A stretch of DNA of 63,282 nucleotides, filler included, from Craspedostauros australis (lineage: Eukaryota): NCBI GenBank assembly GCA_030167865.1. It is 5 parts of 5 records of this genome, joined end to end, with 100 filler letters (N's around TTAATTAATTAA, not from the genome) between each part and the next. Parts side by side here need not be neighbours in the genome. Positions count along the whole stretch, not along the records: positions 24,656 to 46,805 come from JALAGF010006356.1; 4 more parts are not named here. One strand, written 5' to 3'. Under the pieces are notes generated by a model. That model was not told the DNA's origin and did not search any database. It worked only from the letters and a program-made list of their open reading frames with translations. The position numbers were made by a program, and so were the translations under genes. This document shows, one piece after another, positions 30,101-41,794 of this stretch. Every line of letters starts with the position of its first letter. Position 1 is the stretch's first letter.

Positions 30101-31844
30101 CGTCCCTTTTGCGCTTGCCGCAAGCAAGGTGAATTGGCGTGTCACCGTTTTCGTCTTGGATGTTGACGTCAACGTCGGCTTGATCTGATTCGATGAGATG
30201 TTTGACAACGTCGATGTGACCGTATCGACAGGCGTAATGAAGTGGTGTGTATCCCTTGTTGTTTTGGGTATTGACATCAACAGGTTGTCTGTCGTTGCAT
30301 TCGAACATGTATTGGATCAAGTCCTGGACCACATTCACCTGTCCGTGGCGACAGGCGACGTGCAACGGCGTGTTCCCGTCGTTGTTTGCGGCGTTGACGT
30401 CCACCTTCTCTTGATGATTCTTCAGCATGCGATAGATCACATGTCTCCTGCCACGACGACAAGCGACATGCAACAGCGTATTTCCGTTGCTGTTGGGTGC
30501 CTTGCCGCCACCATCGCCGTTGCCTTGATCGAGCCCAAGCAAGAAGTCGGCAACGCCATCGTGCCCACGACGACTGGCACTGTGAAGCGGCGTATTATTG
30601 TTCTTGTTCCTTGCTTTGGTGTCAACGTTGAGGTGTTGCGAATTCGCCAAATACTTGGCGAGATCTTCATGTCCGGATACGCAGGCGACATGGAATGGTG
30701 TGTTTCCGAATCTGTTGCGGACCTCGAGGTTCACTTTGGCTATCTGTGACTTTGTCATGTATTCCACCGCGTCTTTGTGCCCACGCCGGCAAGCGAGATG
30801 AAGCGGCGTGTCTAGATAGTAGTTTTGGATATTTGCATTGATCTTGGTTGGTTCTGATTCGACCAGTCGCTTCAGCACACCCGTTTGCCCACGCCAACAA
30901 GCGTCATGCAAAGGCGTATTGCCTCTGTTGTTGGTGACGTTGACATCAACGTCAGTTCGTTGTCGCTTCCTTGCCAACAGGAGTTCGATGTTGCCTTCGT
31001 CCCCGTGCCTGCAACCCAGATGGAGGGGCGTATCTCCATCCGTGTTCTTGATGGAAAGATCCATCTTGTTGCCCACACTGTTGCATTGCAGCATGTATTG
31101 GATCACATCTGTGTGCCCCTTCTGGCAGGCGTAGTGAAACGCGGTGAATCCCTTGTTATTCTTGGCGTTGACATCAACCGAGATGTTGGTGGATTTGGCG
31201 AGGGCGCGCACCACGTCCAGAAGCCCCGATAGACAGGCAAGGTGGAGCGCGGTGTTTGTCCTATCTTTGCCAGCGAACGACTTGTGTCCTTCCTGGTTGA
31301 CCAGGTAGGATGCGACCAAAGAACGGATCCACTCATCGTCGCGTTCTGCTGAAACGTGACCAAGCGGCGTCTTGCCAAGGTGGTCCTTGGTGTCGAAATC
31401 GGCATGGATATGGCTGTCGCTGCGATTGAGGTGCAGGAAGTACTCAACCACATCCGTGTGTCGCTTTCGACACGCGTAATGCAGCGGCGTCCAACCGTTG
31501 TTGTTCTGCAGATTGATGTCGATGCTGGTGGCTGCGTTGGTTGTGCTGTTGTTGTGGATGGAATGAATCAATGTATTGACCACGTCCCTGTAGCCCTTGC
31601 GGCAGGCCAGGTGGAGGGGTGTGTTGCCGTCGATATTTTGGATGTTGATGCATACATTGCCTGCGTCCACCCCCAGCAAACGCCAGATGATGTCTCTGCG
31701 CCCAAATTCGCAAGCCACATGCAGTGGTGTGTTGCCCCTTTCGTCTTGAGCGCTGATCTGCTCGATGGTATCATCGGCTGCGATGAGTTCCTGCACTTTG
31801 GATACGTTGCCGTGACGGCAAGCCTTGTGGAGCTCATAGTCCAT
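27147..31844 (-). CDS. Giant ankyrin-repeat protein (about 1565 aa, roughly 40 repeats)
   Basis: Continuous GxTPLHxAC..G/H...V..L repeats from MDYELHKAC to the C-terminus; no other domain seen. First ATG at 31844. Confidence 0.92.
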   Translation of the reverse strand: MDYELHKACRHGNVSKVQELIAADDTIEQISAQDERGNTPLHVACEFGRRDIIWRLLGVDAGNVCINIQNIDGNTPLHLACRKGYRDVVNTLIHSIHNNSTTNAATSIDINLQNNNGWTPLHYACRKRHTDVVEYFLHLNRSDSHIHADFDTKDHLGKTPLGHVSAERDDEWIRSLVASYLVNQEGHKSFAGKDRTNTALHLACLSGLLDVVRALAKSTNISVDVNAKNNKGFTAFHYACQKGHTDVIQYMLQCNSVGNKMDLSIKNTDGDTPLHLGCRHGDEGNIELLLARKRQRTDVDVNVTNNRGNTPLHDACWRGQTGVLKRLVESEPTKINANIQNYYLDTPLHLACRRGHKDAVEYMTKSQIAKVNLEVRNRFGNTPFHVACVSGHEDLAKYLANSQHLNVDTKARNKNNNTPLHSASRRGHDGVADFLLGLDQGNGDGGGKAPNSNGNTLLHVACRRGRRHVIYRMLKNHQEKVDVNAANNDGNTPLHVACRHGQVNVVQDLIQYMFECNDRQPVDVNTQNNKGYTPLHYACRYGHIDVVKHLIESDQADVDVNIQDENGDTPIHLACGKRKRDVVEYMVESDQANVDLNIRNYQGYMPLETVCKNGDADLAEYLVTSDRAGIDFEQNKPLHVACRHGQTNIVYRFIPSKQIHIDINKQDETGCAPLHYACQYGQNDIVAFMVGFGEDVIKFNVRNTNGDSPLHLACRHGKLRVVECMIQSDLDGRINFSILNNSGCTPIHLACGNGRQAVLKCLMESDRNDVDPNLQDHDGDSPLHLACRFGQEGVVEYLVKSNRINLDATARNSDGDTALHVACQHQHAKAVQCFVQSRQANVHASVNVRNASNGNTPFHDACSSTQGNVVQCLVESENTNIDVNARNNKGETGLYRACWFGNIQVIQYLMGLGATVDMTISNDDGRTPLHIACQQGHMRVVKLLVESNPEAGNTLINSQSELGHTPLGLACQHRHKDVVEYLTGPLGDGINLQYENTPLHHACCRRQLETVQHLIESVGFNPGLTTEDGRTGLHCAARFGRHETVQYLIGINININAQDNDGNTPLYLACREYDPGFVDGHWEVFNILLQQPQIKVNLPNHHHQTPLIEACKQYTSESGYNVLVKGLVEAYADVNVADNDGNTPLHIIIKDGHFEMFKYLADREGIRMHVRNNAGQTLLHIACSKQTFSDDGDAQHHAIIQHLLTEEQLDVNQQDNEGNTPLHLMCAADCTHADGIRYLVDVWRARADTPNSAGQTPLHFASMKGHLEVVQYLSGQTNTGVNILNTAGQTPLHFACAGGRFEVVKHLVEEAQADINIQDQQGYTPLLLAYTYGRLSVIEYLIAQPNLQIDARYSNASTLIHAAAAGGHVDVVRGLLTLPNANVNLQDALGHTPLHFACAGGHDDVAGHLTEIAGVDVNVQNSEGNSPLHLTVQYYGDGQSGHWDILEILFEMEQTNPNLTNMRRETPLFIACTMSAAGNGAYESVIDELLERAHADVNIADVDGNTPLHVLCWYGCLKAVRDWLDTPDVEVDTSIRNRFGMRPQDDAAMQGHTELAEYLASLQQP

Positions 31845-32475
31845 GTTGGATCCAGTTTGTTGCTGTGAATGTGTGAGTGTGGAGGAGCGGCATTGTTGGT
31901 GTTGGTATTCGGTCCCGTGACTGCGAACCTTTGGGCAGACGAACAAAGGACGCACAAGCAAATGGGAGTAAGCAGGAGTCTACTCCTGCCGAGTGGGTCG
32001 ACCACTCGTTTGAAACGGGCATTCTAACTTTTCATCTTCGATATCCAAACCAAGCACATATTCGTAATCCTTATAATCTTCTTACAAATAATTAACCAAT
32101 AGATTTTTGATTTATATCCTGTTTTAAGTTTTATGGATCGATCTATATGTTCATTCTAGTCGCGTGGATCCAACAGCACAAAACCCGTTGTTTTTCGCCG
32201 AAGGTTCTATGCTGTTCTCATGCATTTATCACTAGGTGATCAGTCACGGACTTGCTTCCGAAGGTGTCAGTCGTTTGGTACGCGTTAATTACACGTTAGC
32301 ATGTGGCACCTGATTCCACATTCTGCTCGTCACAAAACACATGACACAAAACACATCACACAAAACACATCATCGCCATAATTTTACAAATTTGCGCCAC
32401 GCTTTGGCTCCATTCACAACTTTCCTCACCAATGCCCTGCACACTCGCCCTTTCGCTCCATGCCCGTTCTCGTCA

Positions 32476-32476
<1 letters not shown>

Positions 32477-32520
<44 letters not shown>

Positions 32521-32584
32521 CAGTAGCAGTAGCAGTAGCAGTAGCAGTAGCAGTAGCAGTAACAGTAGCAGTAGCAGTAGCAGC

Positions 32585-32666
<82 letters not shown>

Positions 32667-32667
32667 G
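32477..32667 (+). repeat. Compound trinucleotide microsatellite (AGT)n/(AGCAGT)n/(GTT)n
   Basis: About 190 bp, directly visible at the 5' side of the decayed transposase. Confidence 0.95.
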
Positions 32668-32679
32668 CAAGCTGGTTTG

Positions 32680-35600
32680 CCTTTCATCGGATGCTCTCCT
32701 TCCTCACTTCGTCTCAGACCAGTGCAGTTCATCACCGACAACCAGCCAACGACTACTCTCTCCAGCACCAATTCAACCATGCTCCCCTCTACGACTGCCA
32801 AGGCCCTCTCCAAGGATGGCAACCCCTCCCCCAGTAAGAAACCACATGCTCACCCTGTGTCTGCTCCTCCTGTCGATTCGAAGGGATTCCTGTTGCCGAC
32901 TGCAGAGCAACTGTTGCCTGACAAGCTGTCCGCTGCGTTGAGGAAGCCAACCACCATCACGCAAGTGATCGATGTGAAGCCAATGCATGCAGCGGATGGC
33001 AGCCTCGTCCCGAACAGTACGCATGCGCATGCTTGCGAGCTGCACGTGTTCGTACACATCCTCGATGACAACGGAGGTGTCTATGACAACTCCAACATCA
33101 GGGTGCGCTCGGAAGGACGAGGTGTCGGGGATGGCACATTGGTGAGCGTTATCGTGAACGCGCCACCCCCTGCTGTGCCTGATGTTGCACCACCTGTCGA
33201 GCCTGCCCCGCCAGCGAGGCTCCCTCGCTGCTGCAATGCTGTTGTTGCTGGTGGATACGCAGACACCTCCAACAACAGCGACACCACCTAGGAGGACAAC
33301 AACAGGGGGAAACGAACGCGCGCCAGCAGGAACAGGAGAGGAGGTCAGTTCGGGTATGACCCGGAAGAGGGGGAAATTGGAGGCGCCCTGCTGTGATTCG
33401 TGTGATGGAGGAACTCACGGATCACTTCGATGTGAACGTGTTCAATTCCATGCCTCCCACAGGATTCGTGCTAGGTGGCAATTGCGACAGGCGCACATGG
33501 TGGAATGTAACACGTGTGTGGGTCACTGTGGCAACTGCGCTCTGGGGTGTCTTGCTCCCTCAGGAGGCTCTGCCAACTCGCCAGATGCAACAGGTGGTGG
33601 CGTTTGTCCATGCTCGTGTGGACCTCCTGCCTCCTACACTTGGTGCGAACCTGTACACCCTATGTGTGAGGGGAGAAAAGACACTTGCTAACGCTGCCAG
33701 AGCTGTACTCGCTGCATCTATGTCATTCACTAACAGCTCCGCAATCCTGTCTCGTCATGTAGAGAATCTTCCGGAGGAACAACGCAATTGCATCGAGCCC
33801 ACGCGTGCCACTATTACTAGGAGTCAGCTAACAACATTGTGGTGTGGGTTTGATATGTTTAGCCGTTGCGAAACCATCCCAGTGCCAGTTCTTCAGTATC
33901 GTGTGCATACTTGCGACCTGTCTGGCGTAGTGTCCTTCCTCATGACAACAACAACATACAAACCAGGGTTGAGTCACATGGTACAGTATGGTGGAGTTGA
34001 ATTCGAGAATGTCCTGGTGTTCGATCGTGGTAGCACCACCATCAAACAACTATTGGACATGTACTCATCTACAACTAACAACCCAGTGGGAAGGCCTGCG
34101 TTTACCCTCATGACTAACCTGCTCACACAAAAAAGCAAGATCAAGACAGGGCTTTCTTCCTTTGAGAGTTACTTCTGGATGGCCACAGAGAAACTCAAAC
34201 AGGCAATTTCGCGCCTAGTAGACCTGTTGGGGGCTAAGTATGATGCGGACGGGGAGGAAAAAACGATGCCAATGACGAGGGCGACAACAACAACGAGCCG
34301 GATGACGTCATTACGCAGCATGTGCGCACTGCCGATTCTCTGTTGCATGCACTCGAACTGCTTGTCGTGTTTGTCAAATGGGAATTCACCGCATCGCACA
34401 TGTCGAAATGTGTGACATCAGTAATTCCCGATTGTACGGGACTAAACCAGAATAGAGTACAGAAACAACAAATTCCCCCCCCCNNNNNNNNNNNNNNNNN
34501 NNNNNNNNNNNNNNNNNNNNNNNNNNNNNNNNNCGTCAACGTGGCAAGCGCATGATCGATCACTCCTGAGCGTTACAGGAGCACGTTACTTTTGGGACTA
34601 CGGGGAATTTCGACAGCACATGCAGCTTTGATGTGACGACCCCATGCATTCGGCCGCGTTCGCACTCACCACCAAAAAGGACAAGAAGAAGGGAACAGTC
34701 ACATCAACCAACCAACGCAAACCACGCACCAACAAGCACAAGAGCAAGAAGAACATCACCATCACAAATGACATTTCTCCCACCACCTCAAACAAACAAC
34801 CACGTAAAGTATGCAACCAATGTGGTGCAGCAATGCGATTTGTGGATGATCGTTTTGTCCCTTTTGTCACCGTGCTGAAGGACAACGAACTCACAGAACA
34901 CAAGGACGAGTTGCAGTCAATGCTTGTGGCAGCACCGGGATTCGCTGATGAAATTGTTAACTACATGGCTCACAAAGTGCGTGCCAAAGGTTCAATTCAG
35001 ACAAATCGCCTTTCATCAATCCGATATCAACGACAAGCCTGAAAGAGCCTATGTGGTGCTCGACCATAAGCAATAAATTCTACCGACAGGCCAAGGTGAA
35101 GCCCAACAAGAATATTGGGGGAAGAAGGGAATGTCACTGCTTGGGGCGATGGTCATCACGTGTCACAATGATATTTTTGCTTATCAGTTCATTGACATTG
35201 TGGTCAGTGGAAGACCCACACAAGACACTCTTCAAGTTGGTGGACTAGTTGACATTGTGCAAAAAAGGTCAAAGACATTCTCCCATCCGTGACTGAAATC
35301 ATCCTACAGAGCAATAACGCATGTTGCTTTGCCAGTCACGAGTATATCCCACTGATCACATCGGTACTCAACAAGAACCTCAGGCAACGAAACGCGGCCA
35401 AAATCATCGCGTGGATTTACACGGAGGCCCAAACCGGTAAGAGCATGCTGGACACCCACTTCGCGTTCATCACCCGTGTACTGCGAAAATACGTGCAAAG
35501 TGGACGTGACATCAAGACCGCCTGCCAACTGTACGAAGCACTGAAAGCCGGTAGCATCGCGGGGACAACAACGGTACTGGTCAATGCACGAAACCTTGAA

Positions 35601-36515
35601 GGCCACATCACGACATTGCCAGGCGCACCAAAAAGACAATTCCGCACGTCTGGACAACAGGTACGTCAGACTCACAAGGTGAAGTATGATGATGCCCAGG
35701 CATGGCTGGTGGCTGCATCTGGCATCACGGAAGACGGCGTGGTGAAGACCACCGAATGGGATGGCTGGATTGTCAATGAGGTGGGTGTCATCGATTGTAG
35801 AACGTTCACGTCCGATAATCCAGCAATTACGTCCGAATCATTCAGGAAGACGGACAAGACGAAAAAACTCGGTCGCACAGCAGCAGAGAGCAAGGGGCTG
35901 GTGTTCGGCAAAGCCCTCGAAGACGGACATGAACACCTTCCGTGTGATCACACCACAGCGCTACAAGACCAGACCGCGGAAACACAACACCCACCACTCG
36001 CTGTGCCAGGCTGGGCTAGCAAAACCACACGCAAACCAGCGAAACTACCAGACTACATCGCGGCGAAATTGAAAGACATCAGCGAAGCGTCCGCAAAGGA
36101 CCCAAAAAAAAACAGACCGTCCGAGCACGAAGCACACAAGCAGTTGATGGACGACAACAGGACCAAAACTGACTGGTACGTACAACTGCACGCAAATCCC
36201 ATGCGGGTGAAAGCATCGCTGCCGGAAGCGTACAACGCCAAACAACGCAAACAAAAGAAGGAGGCTGCCCTCATCAAGATGGAAACTACCACAACACTGA
36301 CCACCACCACCAACACAACAAGCAAAGCAACAGCACCTGCACCTGCAATCGTGGCGACCCACAATGCGCCAGCTGCAACAGAGGAGGAACGAAGAGAAGA
36401 AGAGTTGCAGAGAGAGGAAGAGGAATGGGAGAATCAGAGGTGGTGTGATGCTCACACAGTGAAGGTGAATGCAGAAAGTGAGGCTGTGTTGGATGATGGG
36501 ATGGAAATTTTGTGA
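32680..36515 (+). mobile_element. Decayed DDD transposase, Sola3-like DNA transposon (pseudogene)
   Basis: Stitched frames read ...YMAHKVRA / VVLDHKQ*ILPTGQGEAQQEYWGKKGMSLLG (35041-35145, TAA at 35074) ...QDTLQV... / IILQSNNACCF...YTEAQTGKSMLDTHFA. This resembles the Sola3-type motifs as recalled (DxxxKxLP..RE.Q..WFGKRG, SDNAGCY, EAQxGK..CD). Frameshifts near 34990 and 35265. No TIRs located. Confidence 0.65.
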
Positions 36516-38758
36516 TGGGTGTGCATCGCTGCGATAACACGAGTTGTGGAGTTTTGTGGGTGGCAGACCATGCTACTAAAACGAGTCTAGAGTCCATCCA
36601 AAAACACATCCAATATCTGCATATCCTGCTATATCTCAACAACACATCGCTTAAAATTGAATATAAACATCGCATTCAGACGCATGACTATCGTTTAATC
36701 ATAATATCGAAGTTAAATGAGTATAGAAAATATGTTGGCAGTCATGTTGGTTTGCTGTGTTTTGTGTGGTGGATTCGAGAAAAAAATTGTTGATGCCACA
36801 ATGTTGCCCTCCAATGAGCACACATGATCATCATGATCATCCTTGTATTTCAGCAAACTGTGCATACCATTCGCTCTGCATACCTCCCAGCTATCCGCTC
36901 CATGAAGCATGGCCACAGACATTTGCTCTGCATGCAGCAATGCAGCCACACACTGAAACAGAGCGTTTTCGAAAAATCAGTTTCGATGTGGATGCAGTTC
37001 AGATATGGATCCATATCTCATCCATACAATCCTTTCAGCCCCTCCAAGCGCTCCTCGTGCATTCCCACACTCCATGGCGACACGCGGATGCATCCAGAAT
37101 GGGCTGGGAGTGCATGGCCAATGTGATACACCTCCATATGATGATGTGGTGGTGCATTTATTGCTCCCACCAAACATGACCATTCCGCAGATATGGTCAG
37201 CTGCAGCCTCTTCCAGACAACTTGAGCAGAGCATACTTCACGACGTGCATCTTCAATTGATGTCGCACGCATCTTGTATGGGTGGCTTGGCGATTGAGGG
37301 GCGTTGTCCCATCGCTCCTTGCAGCCAAAGCCATGTGACCAGTGCCACGCAAGCCCCAACCAAAACTCCTGAAAACCACCTTTCTCTCCACGCGGACACC
37401 TTCCCAGTGCTCCGCGAGCCTCGAACTTCGAGGGGGCCTTCTTCTTGCCCTTCCTGAGGCGTCTTGCCCATCCGTAGGCGCTGATATGACCTGTGTGTGC
37501 CATACACAGGCCAAAACCAACCAGCCGATTTGGAGCCAATTTGTGATCGTATTTCTGAGGCCTACGACGGCCCCAAATCAACCCCTCTTCCTGTTCGTCC
37601 ACCCACCAAAGGTTACGTGGCGGTGACGGCGACGTTCTTGGATCTCGAATTGGCCGGCTGGTTGTTGCGGTGTCAAGCATACCGTTGGACGGCCATTGTG
37701 GATGCTTTTTGGGTGTGGCTTCATTTTCATGTTGGTGTGTCGAGTTTGCCACTCTCGACCAGCCTCACATGTTGGGGGATGTGGAGATTTACCTCCAATT
37801 GTACCGACTGTCCAAAAAGACCACGACACAAAACACTCGAGGAGTACCAACCCCACTCAACCACTTCGCCACAACGAAGCAGACCTGATGATGTTGCGCA
37901 TCGTGATATCATTGGTGTTTGATGACGAAGTATCCAATTTCGTGACGTCGATGACGGATTGGACAAGCACATGGTGTAAGTAACATAAACACGCATTCGC
38001 CGCTACCCCCAACATTCTACAACTAGTGCTATCGTGGATGGACTGTTGGATGGCCTCATCCGAACACCTGAAAAAGAGACTAAACAATTCAAAATCGGAA
38101 CAAAGTTGCTGAAACAAAGAACAGCAAAGGGTTAAATTGGATCGATGTAGTCGGAAGCAAGAGGCCGAAACACGAAAGAGATCGAAAATTGCGCATATCC
38201 ATCGGTCCATAAAACTTAAAATAGGATCTAATTCAAAAATGTAATGGTTAATTATTTGTATTAGACCTACAAGGATTACGAATATGTGGTTGGTTAGTAT
38301 GTAGGAGAGAAAATTACTGGAGGTCCGTTTCGAACGAGTGGTCGGCTCACTCGGGGGGCTCATAATGTCATACTATTTCAAATTATTAGTCATATATTCT
38401 AGAATAGAATGTTACGTATGCCAGTCTAGGACAACAATACAACTCACAAGAGAAGAATGCGAGCGTATCGTAAGTCGGTACGGTACATCCACATTTGTGT
38501 CCAATCTGCTGGGTTGCCGATGAAGTTCGTCGATGTTCGTGTGACGCGGGAACGCAGAGCATCAAAACTGATGGCAACAACGGCAACAACAGAAGCAGAA
38601 GTTGATGCCACCAACACAACACATGCACAAACGAAGCAAGACCAAGATCCAAAACAATCGACCAAGAAAGGCATCGCGCCATCAAAACGCGCGCTCTCCA
38701 CGATATTCGGCCATTGTCGAACGACTCTCCAGAGCAATCTATTCTACTCTATTGTACC

Positions 38759-40036
38759 ATGATGATGGCTTGCCCTGCTCAGCTGTTGCGGATACTATCA
38801 TTGACTGCGACAGTCGCAATCGCGGAATCCCTCGTGACAACGCTACAATCAAACCAAGATTTATCGCATCATGCCCAGTCGCACGCACACTCCTTTTCGC
38901 TGACGGCGTCAGATCCATTTGGTCACCACCAACACAGAAAGCGCCGGCGATGGCCGCTGTCGTTGCCTTCAGCGGCATCTGACGACTTGCAGATGGACCC
39001 ATCGGATGACCCTGGTTCTGCGCAGCACCACTTCTTTCAGGATCGAGAGCCGTACCAGTCTTCCCTCTTCGCAACCCATTCAGCCGCAGCATCATCCGGC
39101 ACTGACACTGACACTGACAATGACACTGGCAATGATAAAGACAACTCAGCATGGAACGACTTCCTCCAACAGCTCTATGACAAGGAACAGGCGACGGGCA
39201 CTGCCCAGGACCCCGTGTGGGAACAGCTGAAGCTGGAAGCGCTGGACGCCTTGAGCCACGAACCAGAGGCCGGGCCCCAGATCTACCAGAACGTCCTCTC
39301 GCAACCATCGCTGCTGGATGCCATCATCGCCGTCGTCAGCAACGCCATAGAGACGGAGCTCATCCCGGCCACGGCCGTGCGCGACCTCTGCTTCAATCTA
39401 CTCACGAAGGAAGACGAGCACATGATCCGCTGGGATCTGCAGGCGGCCGCCATGAGATCGCCCAGCGTCGGCAACCTCGTCACGGCCATGCTCTTCCACG
39501 GCGGTCTCCACGCCCTCGTGTGCTACCGCGTCGGACACCGCCTCTGGCAGCTCAACAGAACGGGTCTGGCCTACTACCTCCAGTCCACGGTCAGCAGACA
39601 CTACTCCGCCGACATCCACCCGGCCGCCAAGCTGGGATGCGCCATCTACCTCTGCAGCTCCGCCGGCGTCGTCATCGGCGAGACGGCCGTCTGCGGCGAC
39701 GACGTCAGCATCCTGCAGGGCGTCACGCTGGGCGGCACGGGCAAGGAGCGCGGCGATCGACATCCCAAGGTCCACAACGGCGTCGTGTTGCAGGACGGGG
39801 CCACCGTGCTGGGCAACATACCCGTCGGGGACGGCGCCGTCGTCATGGCCAAGTCCATCGTCACCAAGCCGGTGCCGCCCTTGGCGCAGGTCAACGGCGT
39901 GCCGGCCAAGATCGTGTCCTACCGCACCCTGGATGCGTCCGCCTTCACGGATGATCTCGAGCATCATCTCGTGCGCAAGTACCTGCCAGATTGGAAGGCG
40001 CTGTCGTCAGATGCGGCGGCCGTCACTGCGAAGTAG
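38759..40036 (+). CDS. cysE: Serine O-acetyltransferase with N-terminal targeting extension
   Basis: LFHGGLHALVCYRVGHRLW, ADIHPAAKLG, GVVIGETAVCGDDVSILQGVTLGGTGKERGDRHPK, VLGNIPVGDGA, GVPAKIV. Hydrophobic N-terminus followed by a Ser/His-rich transit-like region. Confidence 0.93.
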   Translation: MMMACPAQLLRILSLTATVAIAESLVTTLQSNQDLSHHAQSHAHSFSLTASDPFGHHQHRKRRRWPLSLPSAASDDLQMDPSDDPGSAQHHFFQDREPYQSSLFATHSAAASSGTDTDTDNDTGNDKDNSAWNDFLQQLYDKEQATGTAQDPVWEQLKLEALDALSHEPEAGPQIYQNVLSQPSLLDAIIAVVSNAIETELIPATAVRDLCFNLLTKEDEHMIRWDLQAAAMRSPSVGNLVTAMLFHGGLHALVCYRVGHRLWQLNRTGLAYYLQSTVSRHYSADIHPAAKLGCAIYLCSSAGVVIGETAVCGDDVSILQGVTLGGTGKERGDRHPKVHNGVVLQDGATVLGNIPVGDGAVVMAKSIVTKPVPPLAQVNGVPAKIVSYRTLDASAFTDDLEHHLVRKYLPDWKALSSDAAAVTAK

Positions 40037-40241
40037 ACGTGCGTGCGTGCGATGCTCTCAACCGTAGATACATGTGGTAGTACGTTTCATCATCAACGAC
40101 GACTTCGCACAACTATCACAAAGTGAAATGCTCCTACTTGTGTGCTTTACTGCCTTTTGTGCTGCGCAACGGATGCAATGTTCCAAATCACAATCATGCT
40201 TCTTTGCCTATAGTATATCAATGCCTGCTTCCATGCATTCG

Positions 40242-41794
40242 TCAATTCGAATCAGACTGGCTCGAGTACGCATCGATGACTTCCTGCACATCGCGTTTGG
40301 ATCCCATGATGATGGGAACGCGCTGATGCACAATCTCGGGCACGATCTCCATCACGCGCTGCGTTCCCGTCGTCGACAACCCGCCGGCCTGCTCCATAAT
40401 GAAGGACATGGGCGCGCCTTCGTACAGCAACCGCAGCTTCCCGTTCGGATTCTTCGTGTCGCCTGGATATCCGAACACGCCGCCGTACAACAACGTGCGA
40501 TGCACGTCGCCCACCATGCTGCCAATGTACCGTGACGAGAAGGTGGTGCTGCTTGCGCCAGTACCGTCGCGCCATTTGTCGACGACGTCCTTCAGCGGTT
40601 TGTCCCATCTCTGGCAGTTGGCCTCGTTGAAGGAGTAGATCGAGGATCGTTCCGGGATCTTGATGTTGGGCTTCGACAGGACGAACTCGCCGATCTGTTC
40701 GTCAAGGGTGAACATGTAGACGCCGTTGCCCAACGTCAGCGTGAGGAAGGTGCTGGACGAGTACAGGCAGTACGCGGACGCGACGAGGTTGGTGCCTGGT
40801 TGCAACGTGTTGGCCAAGCACAGCGCTTCCTGCTCGGTGCATTCGTCTCCGATGCAATCCGGGTCGAAGAAGCAGCTGTCGTCATGCTGGTAGATGCCGA
40901 TGATGGTGCCCGTTGGAATGCCAGCGTCCACGTTGCTGCTGCCATCCAGCGGATCGAAGACGGCGACGTATTTTTCGCCCTCTTCGATTATGATCCCGCT
41001 GGTTGTCGGCTCTGCGCCGCCCAGCAAGTCAACCTGTGTGATTGCAATCAGGTAGAGGTCAAGAGATTGGTCAGGTGCGATGTGAGGAGAGTTCAACATG
41101 TCTGTGCGAGACCACAGGATGCCTCCAGTGCCAGTGCCGGTGCCACTGCACGAGAATGAACACATTGGCAGATGGACATGGTGACAGCCAAGCAACTTTG
41201 CACGTGCAAAAAGAAACCAAATGAACGACTGCCACAGGGCACAATCTTAGTATGGCACAGCACACCTTGGACACTCACCGGCTCATCTTCCTCTTCGGAT
41301 GCCAGGACTCCCAGACGGCCGGTAAATCGAAGCGCGCGCTTGAGGAGGTCGTTGGTGATGACATCGAGCTTCTTCTGATCCTCCCCCTGGATGTTGACGT
41401 TGCCTTCGTAGCCAAGAGTCTCGCTGGATGGCAGTTGCGAACGCTTCACCAGATTGGACATGGCCTTGCATGCCGTGTTGATGGCGCCGAAGAGGATTGT
41501 GAGCTCCTGCAGCTCAGGATTGAGAATGGCGACCTCCGTCATGAAGCGCGTGAGCGTGACACCGGTTGTTTCGCAAACCTCATCAAAGACAGGAATCTCC
41601 GTCTTTCGTGTTTCTGCCGCTTCCATCACATCGTCGGCGGTGGCTGATTGCACATGGAATGGAGCAGATCTGGCGGAGCTCCTTCCATTGTTCCTGTTGG
41701 CGACGTTGGGATGGCACGGCGTTGCTGTGAAAGCATCCGCATCTTGAATGGCAGCGATGACGGCCACTGTTGTGGCAACGATGGCAAGCTTCAT
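40242..41794 (-). CDS. FBP: Plastid fructose-1,6-bisphosphatase, 2 exons (41794-41279, 41033-40242), about 435 aa
   Basis: Signal peptide ...[26 protein letters not shown] | [46 protein letters not shown]. Phase-0 GT-AG intron at 41278-41034. Confidence 0.93.

Noticed and set aside
32370..32941. Poly-Ser/Val/Tyr/Leu ORFs
   Set aside because: Translations of a trinucleotide microsatellite.
37130..37175. EQ*MHHHIIIW on the minus strand as a Helitron HUH motif
   Set aside because: Spacing is wrong, it contains a stop, and no other Rep or helicase motifs are nearby.
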